A DNA stretch of 64,000 nucleotides from Laetmonice hystrix (taxonomy: Eukaryota). A model generated the notes under the pieces. That model ran no database searches. It saw nothing but the letters and a program-made list of their open reading frames with translations, and was not told the DNA's origin. Each line of letters begins with the position of its first letter. Positions within the stretch are counted from its first letter, which is position 1. Location of the stretch: contig OZ249438.1 in the NCBI GenBank assembly GCA_965235115.1, positions 43,524,001 through 43,588,000 of the forward strand. Direction: 5' to 3'. The position numbers were made by a program, and so were the translations under genes. Shown here one piece after another: positions 11,435 through 23,292 of this stretch.

Positions 11435-11930
11435 GGCATATCTACTGCATCGGCGAGTGTTGGGGAACAGTGGTGAAGTGCCCAGAGTGTTGCGGAGCAG
11501 AGATGTAGAATCGAAGTGCCCAGTGTGTTGTGGAGCAGAGATGTAGAATCGAAGTGCCCAGTGTGTTGCAGAGCAGAGATGTAGAATCGAAATGCCCAGT
11601 GTTGCGGAGCAGAGATGTAGAATCGAAGTGCCCAAAGTGTTGCGGAGCAGAGATGTAGAATCGAAGTGCCCAGAGTGTTGTGGAGCAGAGATGTAGAATC
11701 GAAGTGGCCAGAGTGTTGCGGAGCAGAGATGTAGAATCGAAGTGCCCAGTGTTGCGGAGCAGAGATGGAGAATCGAAGTGCCCAGAGTGTTGCGGAGCAG
11801 AGATGTAGAATCGAAGTGCCCAGTGTTGCGGAGCTGCGCGGGACAATGCTGTATCGTCCCAGAAATGGACGATTTGTCGCCTGGTTGAAGCAAGCAGGCA
11901 TGGAGATATGCAAACCGACCAACCAGAAAA
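11435..11930 (+). pseudogene. ZNFX1: Disrupted terminal ZNFX1 exon (second half of RZ finger and tail)
   Basis: ctag|gg cat atc tac tgc atc ggc gag tgt = (G)HIYCIGEC, in phase with the previous exon; reads WGTVVKCPECCGAEM then TAG (11506-11508). After the intervening array, remnants PEMD and (shifted frame) FVAWLKQAGME match the ZNFX1 tail PEMDGAxxAAWSxxA. Confidence 0.8.
11476..11833. repeat. 36-38-bp minisatellite derived from RZ-finger coding sequence, ~9.5 copies
   Basis: Unit aagtgcccagagtgttgcggagcagagatgtagaatcg. Confidence 0.92.
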
Positions 11931-11937
11931 CTTTTCA

Positions 11938-12500
11938 AGATGCATTCTTTACTGAATGCTGTACCGAGAACAGTAACATGTACAGTAAAATGCATTCTTT
12001 ACTGAATGCTGTACCGAGAACAGTAACACGTAGAGTAAGATGTACCGAGAACAGTAACACGTACAGTAAGATGCATTCATTACTGAATGCTGTACCGATA
12101 ACAGTAACATGTACAGTAAGATGCATTCATTACTGAATGCTGTACCGAGAACAGTAGCACGTACAGTAAGATGCATTCATTACTGAATGCTGTACCGAGA
12201 ACAGTAACACGTACAGTAAGATGTACCGAGAACAGTAACATGTACAGTAAAATGCATTCTGAATGCTGTGCTGAGAACAGTAACACTAGAGTAAGATGTA
12301 CCGAGAACAGTAACATGTACAGTAAGATGCATTCATTACTGAATGCTGTACCGAGAACAGTAACACGTACAGTAAGATGCATTCATTACTGAATGCTGTA
12401 CCGAGAACAGTAACATGTACAGTAAGATGCATTCATTACTGAATGCTGTACCGAGAACAGTAACATGTAAAGTAAGATGCATTCATTACTGAATGCTGTG
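11938..12500. repeat. ~50-bp minisatellite with internal-deletion variants
   Basis: Unit gatgcattcattactgaatgctgtaccgagaacagtaacatgtacagtaa. Confidence 0.9.
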
Positions 12501-13669
12501 TCATTAGTAGATGAATACATATAGAGTGTGATTTGTCCTGCTTGGTAAATACGATGAATGTGGCGGCGGTCACGGTGTAAGGTTTCATATAGTAACACTA
12601 CAAGTACTCCATTATGTACATGTACGTCCTTCCAGGCGATGGAGGTTGAAATTGAAGATCTGGTCAAACCACAGGAGCAAAGATCTTCTCAGGAAATGAT
12701 AATTCTGATGCTAGACTTAAAATGTTCAGTATCTTTTTCAATTGGATTTAGTTTTCTCGTCCTAAATCTTGTTCCCTGTTCATTTTGTCGGAATCTGTTT
12801 TTTTTTTAATGATGACTGTATATCTATAGGCCAAATAATGGCGTTTTCGCACGCGTACAAACATACGTGTGTTACCAGTCGTTACAAATATAAAGTATAG
12901 TAGTTGTGCATTCCTATATTATTATACCTGTATATTTCTCTATTAGTGGTTACGTTATTAGTAAGTTTTGATAAATATGCACCTTTTAATACTACCGTAA
13001 TCGGTATGTTTCATTATATAATTATCTCTTAGATCTGCATTTTTTAAGAGTTCATTATGTTGCACTTTTTACTTTGTGTATGTAACCAAACATTATAGTG
13101 ATGTCAATCACTGAAGACTTCAGTCTGACACCCCTTCTAGTTTCCTGATTTAAGACTATCGTTTTGGCCGATTAGTCATTATAATAGTTATGCTAGCGTT
13201 CTTTTAGTGTTCTTCCGCCCCTTGTAGTGTCATATTAGCAAAAGTAAACGAAACATTAAAGTAGATTGATGTGTTATAATTCCTTACCACTTTCTAACTC
13301 AGATCCCCGTAGCCATCCCCCCTAATTTATGAATTCAGAAGACCCCAGGGATCTTGGGAACTTTTGTTTCTTGTGGAAATTTTTAAAGCTCTAAGTACCA
13401 ACCCATACAACCCTGGCTGACCTGGATCCGGCGCTCAGACCGATGTAATATTTGAATAGCTACTTTTTCATTAGTTGAATAATAGTTGAACATTTCGGCG
13501 AGAAACCAAAGTCCCCACAGTCCGCAAGTAGGTTTAGTTTAAACTTCGACCGCCAGACGGCAGCAAATCGCCGCCTCTTGTCTATCTGTCATTGGCAGTT
13601 TGTCTGGATTTAATTATGGCAGGCTTAAAAGAGGGGACTGGACCCCCTCCCCCCGATCTGCTTGCTCAT

Positions 13670-13958
13670 CAGGGCCCGGTTTCAGAAAGGCTCTAAGCAG
13701 CAAGCTTTAAGCTAAGCAGAGCTAGGGCAGCCCATACGTTTAGTGTTTTTAAATTTCTAGATTCATTTTCATCGATATTTTGACAGTGATAATAATTTAA
13801 TCGTGGGGTAATATTTTTATCGCGGTGATATTTCAACTGCCGTGAAAATGTCCATGAAAATCAATGTAGAAAGTTAAAGTGTGTGTGTACTCATGGGCCA
13901 TCGTAGGCGTGCTTAGCTTCAAGCTTGCTGCTTAGAGCCTTTCTGAAACCGGGGCCTG
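13670..13958. mobile_element. PIF/Harbinger-like MITE
   Basis: 49-bp TIR cagggcccggtttcagaaaggctctaagcagcaagctttaagctaagca with 2 mismatches to the right end; superfamily inferred from the GGCCCGGTTTCA terminus. Confidence 0.8.
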
Positions 13959-13967
13959 GTCATACAG

Positions 13968-14167
13968 CAGGGGTGTAGCTAGGCAGAACTGAGATACGGG
14001 GGGGGGGGGGGGGGGAGTTCCAACTGAGATGGCGGGGGGGGGGGGGGGCTCCCAACCATAATATTAGTAATTTATTTAGATCTATTTAGTTATTTATTTA
14101 GCTATTAATTATCTTTTTTGGGAGGGGGGTTCCGGGCAACCCGGAAACCCCCCTGGCTACACCCTTG
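13968..14167. mobile_element. Short MITE of the CAGGGG(C/T)GTAGC...GCTAC(G/A)CCCCTG type
   Basis: caggggtgtagctagg ... cctggctacacccttg, poly-G interior, direct repeat atacag on both flanks. Confidence 0.7.
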
Positions 14168-14314
14168 ATACAGAACCACCAGAGATCTTTAATCCCTGAT
14201 GTGCTGGCAGGTATAGATCTAGGCCTACATATAGTGCGACTGAACCCCACCAGGCGGCGCACTGTGAGTCACTGCGCGTTTTCCGGCGTTTTCCGGCGTT
14301 TTCCCTGTCTGGGA

Positions 14315-14410
14315 CTAGCCTGGTTCCCCTGCCCGCCGCTACGTTCCTTGGCGCTGATGGTCGCTCATCAGCGCCAAGGAGCGTAGCGGCAGGCAGGGGA
14401 ACCAGGCTAG
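14315..14410. mobile_element. 96-bp hairpin element with TAGCCTG termini
   Basis: 45-bp arms with 2 mismatches and a 6-nt loop (gtcgct). Confidence 0.75.
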
Positions 14411-14948
14411 AACCAGTCCGGTTGGGAGCCGGGTCGTTCTACACGTGGAGCGTGGTCAGGGGTCCGGTAGGTAAAGAAGGATTTAACATAGACAACTGAA
14501 CTTTCGTTACGTGGGTTGGGAATTTAATGCCTAGATCTATACTTCCTGCCTTCCGGCTCAAACTTCAGCCTCGCTACTTAACGAAGATGGAGACTGCTGC
14601 CTTGAGCTAGCGCTCCATAAACCAAACGACTGCCTCCACTCCAGTCTAATATTCTACTTCTAAAATATTGAAAACATTAGACGAAAATAGGCCCAGGTCT
14701 TTTAGTCTTAGGCCTAGAACTTCGGTTCTTGCTGTTATGGCATAGCTATAGAGCATTCCACAGGTAAACAGAAAAATAGTGAATTAATTAATTAATTAAT
14801 TAGGCACTGGCCTCATAGGTTGCAGGCCTAAAGTCTAGACTAGATCTCGGCCTCCTGACCAGGAAATCCATGACTCCCGCATGAGGGCCTTTATTAGCAT
14901 GAATAGAGTAGGCATCCGTTCTAGCAGTAGACAAATCTCAATGACAAA

Positions 14949-15081
14949 ACTCAGTAGCGGATCCGGGGGGGGGGGGGGGTCGGTCAGGACCCCCTTTGTC
15001 CTTAATGTTTCTCTTTTTCCCAGCGGTTTCTGAATTAACCGCGTTGGGCCCCCCCCTTCCAAATTTCTGGATCCGGCCCTG
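14949..15081. mobile_element. Short GCGGATCC-type MITE
   Basis: cagtagcggatccg + poly-G ... ctggatccggccctg; related fragments near 4246-4320, 18187-18300 and 18420-18750. Confidence 0.55.
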
Positions 15082-15261
15082 GAACAACGGACGAATCGCC
15101 ATGGCCCGGCACAGACCTAGAAGATTGCCTATTTCTAATTTAAAAGGCCACGCGGTCACTGATTGGGCCTACTCTGCCCCCCCCCCCCCCACACACACAC
15201 ACCCACGCATAGGCATACGACCCTGGGGTGGGGTTCCACGCCCAAAGAGGGGGTCAGGAAA

Positions 15262-15320
15262 GTGAATGCAGCTGTCCTCGCACCCCTCACCGTGAGGGGT
15301 GCGAGGACAGCTGCATTCAC
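15262..15320. repeat. Perfect 59-bp palindrome
   Basis: gtgaatgcagctgtcctcgcacccctcac-c-gtgaggggtgcgaggacagctgcattcac; 29-bp arms, 1-nt spacer. Confidence 0.95.
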
Positions 15321-16757
15321 GGGGTGTGTTGGTGGACCTGCTTCGCGGTGTTGAACACTCAGCGTCCCCCGACGTGGACCTGTTTGTTTTAGTCTGCGAG
15401 TCGTTCTGCACGTTGTACCGGGCGTCTCCCGTTAGTCGCCCCATGCTGATGGAGTTTGACCTTACCCGCCCCACCTGTTGAGTAGTGGAGCCTTACATTT
15501 GAAGTAACGACGGGCTACTTCGAGGTCTACTTCATCCCTCACGGATTGGTGCCTGGAGGTAAGTGACGATCATCTCTACAGGATGGTGTCGCCGAGTCGC
15601 TGTACTCTGCCTGTCGCCTCCACTGTGAGTGTGTACCTAGCAGTCACGTTTCTCGGTCCTCCAGTCCGACCCCCAACATCTATCGCTGATTTATGATGCA
15701 GGCTGCTGTGCGTGGATGGAGGCCAACTCCCGGGGTCAGTTTTGTTGTATGCGCGAACCCCGTGAACCCAGTTGGAAGTCCAATAAAACGAATTTAACGG
15801 CTGCAGCCTAAGTATCAGTCCAAGTCAAACAAGGCCTAAGGCCTAAGCCAGGGCTGTAGGTCTGCCTGCTGCGGGACCTTGGCCTAGGCCAACTACCGGC
15901 ACATGTTCTTCTAAAAATCACAACCACCCCCCCCCCCCCCCGATCATTTTGGGGATGTGACGCGTGCCCCTTTATGGGTTTTCGCCCAGGCAGTGGCATC
16001 TAAGCTTGTCCCTTTAGACAGGAGCGATCTCCAAACAGATAGGCCTATGGTGGGGTGGGAAATCGTGGCCACGGTCTGTATTGCCGCCTGTTGGGAATGG
16101 GCAGATTGGTCCACGCTTCAAGCAAACCCTCTGCATGATCTTGGTCTTGGAAGACTAGATTGTCCTAGATTTAGATTTATTTTGACATTGTCAATATCAT
16201 TGTCAAATTTGGGGATGGGCGACAGTGGGGGCATGACCACTTCCCACCCATAAGCCCCTATTTAGGCAGACTAAGTAGGCCTACGTTAGCCATACGTAGG
16301 CCTGACTAGTAGTATACCGGAGTAGGCCTATAGCATCTAGGCCTCTTGTTGGTGTGACGGTCGTAGATGTAAAACATATGTCTCTGAACTGCAGTAAAAC
16401 GAAATGACTCATACCATGCACTGCTCCACTATTGTGTTCTGTGATGGCGTAAGCCTGGGCAGGTCAGAAGGTCATCACCCCTCCGGGTTGAAGGTCAGAA
16501 GGTCATCACCCTCCGGGTTGAAAGAGGGTCCTACATTACTAGGTACCCTTGCATGTGTCGGTTTGATTGCTTCAAACAGGTCCATGGCCAAAGCCCCCTC
16601 CGACTCTATAGAATGCTCGGAGACCTTCAGCGCAAGCTGAGTCATTCTGCCAGTCTAGTTCAATCAGACTAACAGATGGACTGGACTGGACCCCCATAAT
16701 AGTTATCTGCCCCCGTCTGAAACTGTAGCCGAGTTTAGGCAAATGGGCAAGTATATG

Positions 16758-17790
16758 TGGTCGGTGAGGGAATGTTTGAACCAGCAGGCACAGACCAGCA
16801 GCATGACCATGTCATCCGATGTGGTCAGTGAGGGAATATGTGAACCAGGCACAGACCAACAGCTGACCATGTCATCCGATGTGGTCAGTGATGGAATATT
16901 TGAACCAGGCACAGACCAACAGCTGACCATGTCATCCGATGTGGTCAGTGAGGGAATATTTGAACCAGGCACAGACCAACAGCTGACCATGTCATCCGAT
17001 GTGGTCAGTGAGGGAATATTTGAACCAGGCACAGACCAACAGCTGACCATGTCATCCGATGTGGTCAGTGAGGGAATATTTGAACCAGGCACAGACCACG
17101 CTGACCATGTCATCCGATGTGGTCAGTGAGGGAATATGTGAACCAGGCACACACCAACAGCTGACCATGTCATCCGATGTGGTCAGTGAGGGAATATATG
17201 AACCAGGCACAGACCAACAGCTGACCATGTCATCCGATGTGGTCAGTGATGGAATATTTGAACCAGGCACAGACCAACAGCTGACCATGTCATCCGATGT
17301 GGTCAGTGAGGGAATATTTGAACCAGCAGCCACAGACCAACAGCTGACCATGTCATCCGATGTGGTCAGTGAGGGAATATTTGAACCAGGCACAGACCAA
17401 CAGCTGACCATGTCATCCGATGTGGTCAGTGAGGGAATATTTGAACCAGGCACAGACCAACAGCTGACCATGTCATCCGATGTGGTCAGTGAGGGAATAT
17501 TTGAACTAGCAGGCACAGACCAACAGCTGACCATGTCATCCGATGTGGTTAGTGAGGGAATATTTGAACCAGGCACAGACCAGCAGCACGACCATGTCAT
17601 CCGATGTGGTCAGTGAGGGAATATTTGAACCAGGCACAGACCAACAGCTGACCATGTCATCCGATGTGGTCAGTGAGGGAATATTTGAACCAGGCACAGA
17701 CCAACAGCTGACCCTGTCATCCGATGTGGTCAGTGATGGAATATTTGAACCAGGCACAGACCAACAGCTGACCCTGTCATCCGATGCCCT
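16758..17790. repeat. 60-bp minisatellite, ~17 copies
   Basis: Unit gaccatgtcatccgatgtggtcagtgagggaatatttgaaccaggcacagaccaacagct; occasional indels shift the artefact ORFs. Confidence 0.95.
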
Positions 17791-19762
17791 GAGTACTGAC
17801 CTAATTAGCTCCACCAGGAGGAGATGGGGAACACGTGTTATCTTACCAGGGCGAAGCTTTATTTAGGTTAGACTAAATCACCGGTCATAACATTTCACTC
17901 CGAACAGTACTCCACGAATGTCTCTCTACAGTTCTCCAGGCATTTATTTACATTCTCAGTTTGAAACGACCAAATGTTGCAAAAACTACAAGGAATATTG
18001 CTCTAAAGAGGTCACCCATTAATTCTCCGTTTTCCTGACCCCCTGTGGGGTTAACACACTGGTTGACCCCACCCTCACCCTCACCCTCACCCTCACCCCC
18101 TCCCGTGTCTTCTAGGGTAAACCATCTACTGGCACTCGGTCCTCCAACCATTGTCTGTCCTATCTGTCCACTCATATTATATAAGTGGCACTGTGGCAGA
18201 TCGGGGGGGGGGGTAGCCCCTTTGGCAACTTTTACCCCATAGAACTCCCCCTTCCCCCCCCCCCCCCCCGTCCCTTGCCAAAATCCTGGGTCGGCCCCTG
18301 CATATCCAGTTCACAACCTGACCTGAAAATTTAAATAAACTATCATATCGTTCGCTACAGTAAAAAACAGTAATACATAGGCCTATTTCCGGTTAACAAA
18401 TTTATAATGAATGCGTGAACAGGGGAGGATCCAGGATTTTGATAAGGGAGGCCCACCAAAAAAGAATTTATCCTCGCTACGCTCGGCATGATTTTATTGT
18501 AATTATGGCCATTTTGGGCCCCTTTGGGTCTATTTCAATGCTGCATGGTCCAGATGTTGCTCCTGGATGACTAGGAGGCCCTTTTGCGCCTGATGTGGGC
18601 CTACTATCACGTACAATATTATAGGAGGGTTTTTTAAAGAATTTTGTTGGGATCCTGGTTTCAGGGTCCGAATAATGCATCTTCTTAAAAAAAGGGGGGA
18701 AAGGAAAATTTAAGGGGGGCGGCCCCTTGGGCCCCCCTGGACCCCCAAGTGGTGAACATGATTCAGGAACCGTAAACAGCAAGTTATTGTCGGCCAACCC
18801 CGCCAGATGTCGCTTGTAGAGGGTCAGACGGGCGCCCTCTACCGGTATTTCTTATCGTCGGCAGGCCAGACAGGTCAGTGCGCGACATGTATGCTGGTTG
18901 TTCTTTATCAGGCAAAATGAGATCACGATAAACAAAAAATAGTTGACATTGCTTTGATAAACAGTCTGCATGAGCCACTATACTGTACTGTACAAAGTCG
19001 GTCCCCCTATCAGACACTGAAAACTCTGAAATGAAGTGAGTCGCCCTAGGCCTACCTAACACTTAAAATGCTAAAATTAAGTGACCCCCCCCCCCCGCCA
19101 CTTTCTTTAAAAGTCTGAATTGAAGCCCCCCCCCCCCCAACCAGCCAACTACCTAGGCTAGGTCTACCTAGAAACACTGTTATATTACAAAACACCTTGT
19201 TCTAAAAAAATACACGTAAACTAAACTAGGCCTATCATTTAAGTCTAGCCTTACCCTGCCAGCAAAGAGCGTTTCATAAAGGTGTTAGAAAAGTTATTAT
19301 GGATTCATAAAAACAGCCGAGTGCTGTGTTGTAAAGGAAAACACATAGGAGTTTCGACATCAGGGCGGTGGAATTTTTCCCAAATGAGTCAGGACAGTCG
19401 GTAAAAAAGGGGAATGTCGGCGGTGGTGAGACTGCCATGGTCGTGGTTGGGATGGTGAGACCACTGCCATGGTCGTGGTTGGGATGGTGGTAGGCCTACT
19501 GGGGGTAGTTGTGGCAGGGAGCGGGGTGCGCAACAACGACACCTAGGGGCGGTATCTGGAGTTACACACCAAAACCCATATTACGTGTCTGAGAAATCAT
19601 TTCACCTTATTTTTGGGTCTGGCGTTAAAAGTAATGAACAGATAGCCTCACCGTCGATACAGGGATATTTATTCCACCAGTCAACAACCAGCCCATTAAT
19701 GTTACGTCATTAATTTTATTTAATGAGAGCTACGACAGACAAAAGAAGCATAGCGACGAGTC

Positions 19763-20303
19763 ATGGTTTACATAATAATTTGTTAGTGTTACCGTGACCC
19801 TGATTTAATAATTTGTTAGCGTTACCGTGACCCTGATTTAATAATTTGTTAGCATTACCGTGACCCTGATTTAATAATTTGTTAGCGTTACCGTGACCCT
19901 GATTTAATAATTTGTTAGCGTTACCGTGACCCTGATTTAATAATTTGTTAGCATTACCGTGACCATGATTTAATAATTTGTTAGCGTTACCGTGACCGTG
20001 ATTTAATAATTTGTTAGCGTTACCGTGACCCTGATTTAATAATTTGTTAGCGTTACCGTGACCCTGATTTAATAATTTGTTAGTGTTACCGTGACCCTGA
20101 TTTAATAATTTGTTAGCGTTACCGTGACCCTGATTTAATAATTTGTTAGTGTTACCGTGACCCTGATTTAATAATTTGTTAGTGTTACCGTGACCCTGAT
20201 TTAATAATTTGTTAGCGTTACCGTGACCCTGATTTAATAATTTGTTAGTGTTACCGTGACCCTGATTTAATAATTTGTTAGTGTTACCGTGACCCTGATT
20301 TAA
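19763..20303. repeat. 33-bp AT-rich minisatellite, ~16 copies
   Basis: Unit gttaccgtgaccctgatttaataatttgttag(c/t); source of the NQGHGNANKLL ORF. Confidence 0.93.
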
Positions 20304-20589
20304 TGAGGTTAACAGCACGCAAGGGTCGTCTATATAGGTCTGAATGATCAACTCCTCACTGGCTGATCGCAGTGTTGCTATAGTTACACACCGAGTTAAG
20401 GAATAGAAAGGTCTTCTTTTCTTACCTCTCATTCACAGTTGATATATCCCAGAGTGTTTAATGCTCTTCATTACATTAAAATTTTGTTATAAGAGCGACA
20501 GTTATACCGTGATTGTGTTAGAGCAAGATTTAGTTTGAATGATTTCAGGAAGAGGCGTTTATTGGATGGAAGTCTTCAGGCCTGTAGTA

Positions 20590-22372
20590 ACGAACAAACA
20601 CAATGGTGAGTAACGAACAACCACAATGGTGAGTGGAAGGGTACTAACGAACAAACACAATGGTGAGTGGAAGGGTACTAACGAACAACCACAATGGTGA
20701 GTGGAAGGGTACTAACGAACAAACACAATGGTGAGTGGAAGGGTACTAACGAACAACCACAATGGTGAGTGGAAGGGTACTAACGAACAAACACAATGGT
20801 GAGTAACGAACAACCACAATGGTGAGTGGAAGGGTACTAACGAACAAACACAATGGTGAGTGGAAGGGTACTAACGAACAACCACAATGGTGAGTGGAAG
20901 GGTACTAACGAACAACCACAATGGTGAGGGGAAGGGTACTAACGAACAAACACAATGGTGAGTGGAAGGGTACTAACGAACAACCACAATGGTGAGTAAC
21001 GAACAACCACAATGGTGAGTGGAAGGGTACTAACGAACAACCACAATAGTGAGTGGAAGGGTACTAACGAACAACCACAATGGTGAGTGGAAGGGTACTA
21101 ACGAACAACCACAATGGTGAGTGGAAGGGTACTAACGAACAACCACAATGGTGAGTGGAAGGGTACTAACGAACAACCGCAATGGTGAGTGGAAGGGTAC
21201 TAACGAACAACCACAATGGTGAGTGGAAGGGTACTAACGAACAACCGCAATGGTGAGTAAAAGGGTACTAACGAACAACCACAATGGTGAGTGGAAGGGT
21301 ACTAACGAACGAACACAATGGTGAGTGGAAGGGTACTAACGAACAACCACAATGGTGAGTGGAAGGGTACTAACGAACAACCACAATGGTGAGTGGAAGG
21401 GTACTAACGAACAACCACAATGGTGAGTGGAAGGGTACTAACGAACAACCACAATGGTGGGTGGAAGGGTACTAACGAACAACCACAATGGTGAGTGGAA
21501 GGGTACTAACGAACAACCACAATGGTGAGTGGAAGGGTACTAACGAACAACCACAATGGTGAGTGGAAGGGTACTAACGAACAACCACAATGGTGAGTGG
21601 AAGGGTACTAACGAACAACCGCAATGGTGAGTAAAAGGGTACTAACGAACAACCACAATGGTGAGTGGAAGGGTACTAACGAACGAACACAATGGTGAGT
21701 GGAAGGGTACTAACGAACAACCACAATGGTGAGTGGAAGGGTACTAACGAACAACCACAATGGTGGGTGGAAGGGTACTAACGAACAACCACAATGGTGA
21801 GTGGAAGGGTACTAACGAACAACCACAATGGTGAGTGGAAGGGTACTAACGAACAACCACAATGGTGAGTGGAAGGGTACTAACGAACAACCACAATGGT
21901 GAGTGGAAGGGTACTAACGAACAACCACAATGGTGAGTGGAAGGGTACTAACGAACAACCACAATGGTGAGTGGAAGGGTACTAACGAACGAACACAATG
22001 GTGAGTGGAGGGGTACTAACGAACAACCACATTGGTGAGTGGAAGGGTATTAACGAACAAACACAATGGTGAGTAACGAACAACCACAATGGTGAGTGGA
22101 AGGGTACTAACGAACAACCACAATGGTGAGTGGAAGGGTACTAACGAACGACCACAATGGTGAGTGGAAGGGTACTAACGAACAAACACAATGGTGAGTA
22201 ACGAACAACCACAATGGTGAGTGGAAGGGTACTAACGAACAACCACAATGGTGAGTGGAAGGGTACTAACGAACAAACACAATGGTGAGTGGAAGGGTAC
22301 TAACGAACAACCACAATAGTGAGTGGAAGGGTACTAACGAACAAACACAATGGTGAGTAACGAACAACCACA
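20590..22372. repeat. 34-bp minisatellite (~50 copies, with 23-bp deletion variants)
   Basis: Unit aacgaacaaccacaatggtgagtggaagggtact. Confidence 0.95.
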
Positions 22373-22550
22373 ATGGCCGTGCCCCATGGATTACTAACGG
22401 GCTGCCCTGTAGATTCCGTCCTGACAGTCCTAGTGTCCACGGGAATTCGAAATAATAAAGATATCTTTAAAATTGTCTCTAGCATTTCAACGGAAATCGA
22501 AAATAAAGAAGCCAGGACAGTATTCTTACTATTGTTTTCTGTATTTATAG

Positions 22551-22682
22551 CAGAAACATTTTCCTGTGATGGGGATTAGCCAGAAGTGGCGTGATTCGAC
22601 TGGTTCACGACAGGGGGAGCCACACTATTACTACAAGAGCCTGTCGGACACCATGCGACGAATGATCTGTGACCGGCCAGGG
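22551..22682 (+). CDS. Candidate coding exon of the PDZ-domain gene
   Basis: NAGNAG acceptor tttctgtatttatag/cag, donor GGG|gtaaga; 132 nt open (QKHFPVMGISQKWRDSTGSRQGEPHYYYKSLSDTMRRMICDRPG), phase 0, splices in frame to 23127 across a 444-nt intron. No homology recognised. Confidence 0.55.
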
Positions 22683-23126
22683 GTAAGAAACCATATCAAC
22701 GTTATGTGAATCTTTTAAACCAAAGTGAGTCTTCATCAACAGGAATTTCTAAAATAATTCTAGGGATTGGCTTCTTAATCTCTTCCCCCATGAAATCTTT
22801 GTAGCTACTGGACAGCGGCTGCCGTGCATTTTACAAGCAGGAGGGCGCTCATATTTTAGAATTTTCATATTTTTCATATAAGATATAATACATTGTTCAT
22901 GGAGGGGTAAAAAGTAGGTATACACAGCGTAATGTGGATTTAGTTTTGTTTTTGTTTTTGTAATAAAGCCACAAGGTGACGGAAACGGCCGACATTGAGA
23001 CATAGCTCGGGAAGACAACACGTCCTCTGTAATAGACTGTCGGTTTCAATAACAAGCTTCATCTGAAAAAATGGGGCGCTATTTTAATTAGCTCTTAGTC
23101 TATTTGGCCAGTTGATGTGTTTCTAG

Positions 23127-23250
23127 GAGGGCGAATATTACCTGATGTACGTTGTCATGGAGATGACCTCTGAGGATGATCGGTTTGGATTTTCTGTGAT
23201 TGGTGGAGGTGATGAAGGCTTCCCACCGCGGATTGACGATATAACAACAG
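23127..23250 (+). CDS. Exon encoding the N-terminal half of a PDZ domain (gene unidentified)
   Basis: Acceptor gtgtttctag|, donor CAG|gtacag; EGEYYLMYVVMEMTSEDDRFGFSVIGGGDEGFPPRIDDITT(G) has the PDZ GLGF-type loop (FGFSVIGG) and ends where G-S-P-A normally follows. Confidence 0.8.
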
Positions 23251-23292
23251 GTACAGTTAAAACTTCACATCTTCAGTCTTCTTCAACAAATA

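Noticed and set aside
12636-12720. Exon-like purine-rich segment after ccttccag, as an alternative ZNFX1 last exon
   Set aside because: No frame resembles the RZ tail or any protein I recognise; no donor or clear termination context.
19761-20432. NQGHGNANKLL repeat protein (prion/antifreeze-like look)
   Set aside because: Confined to an AT-rich 33-bp array; the ORF ends as the array ends and the N-terminal part has no recognisable homology. Only expression data could rescue it.
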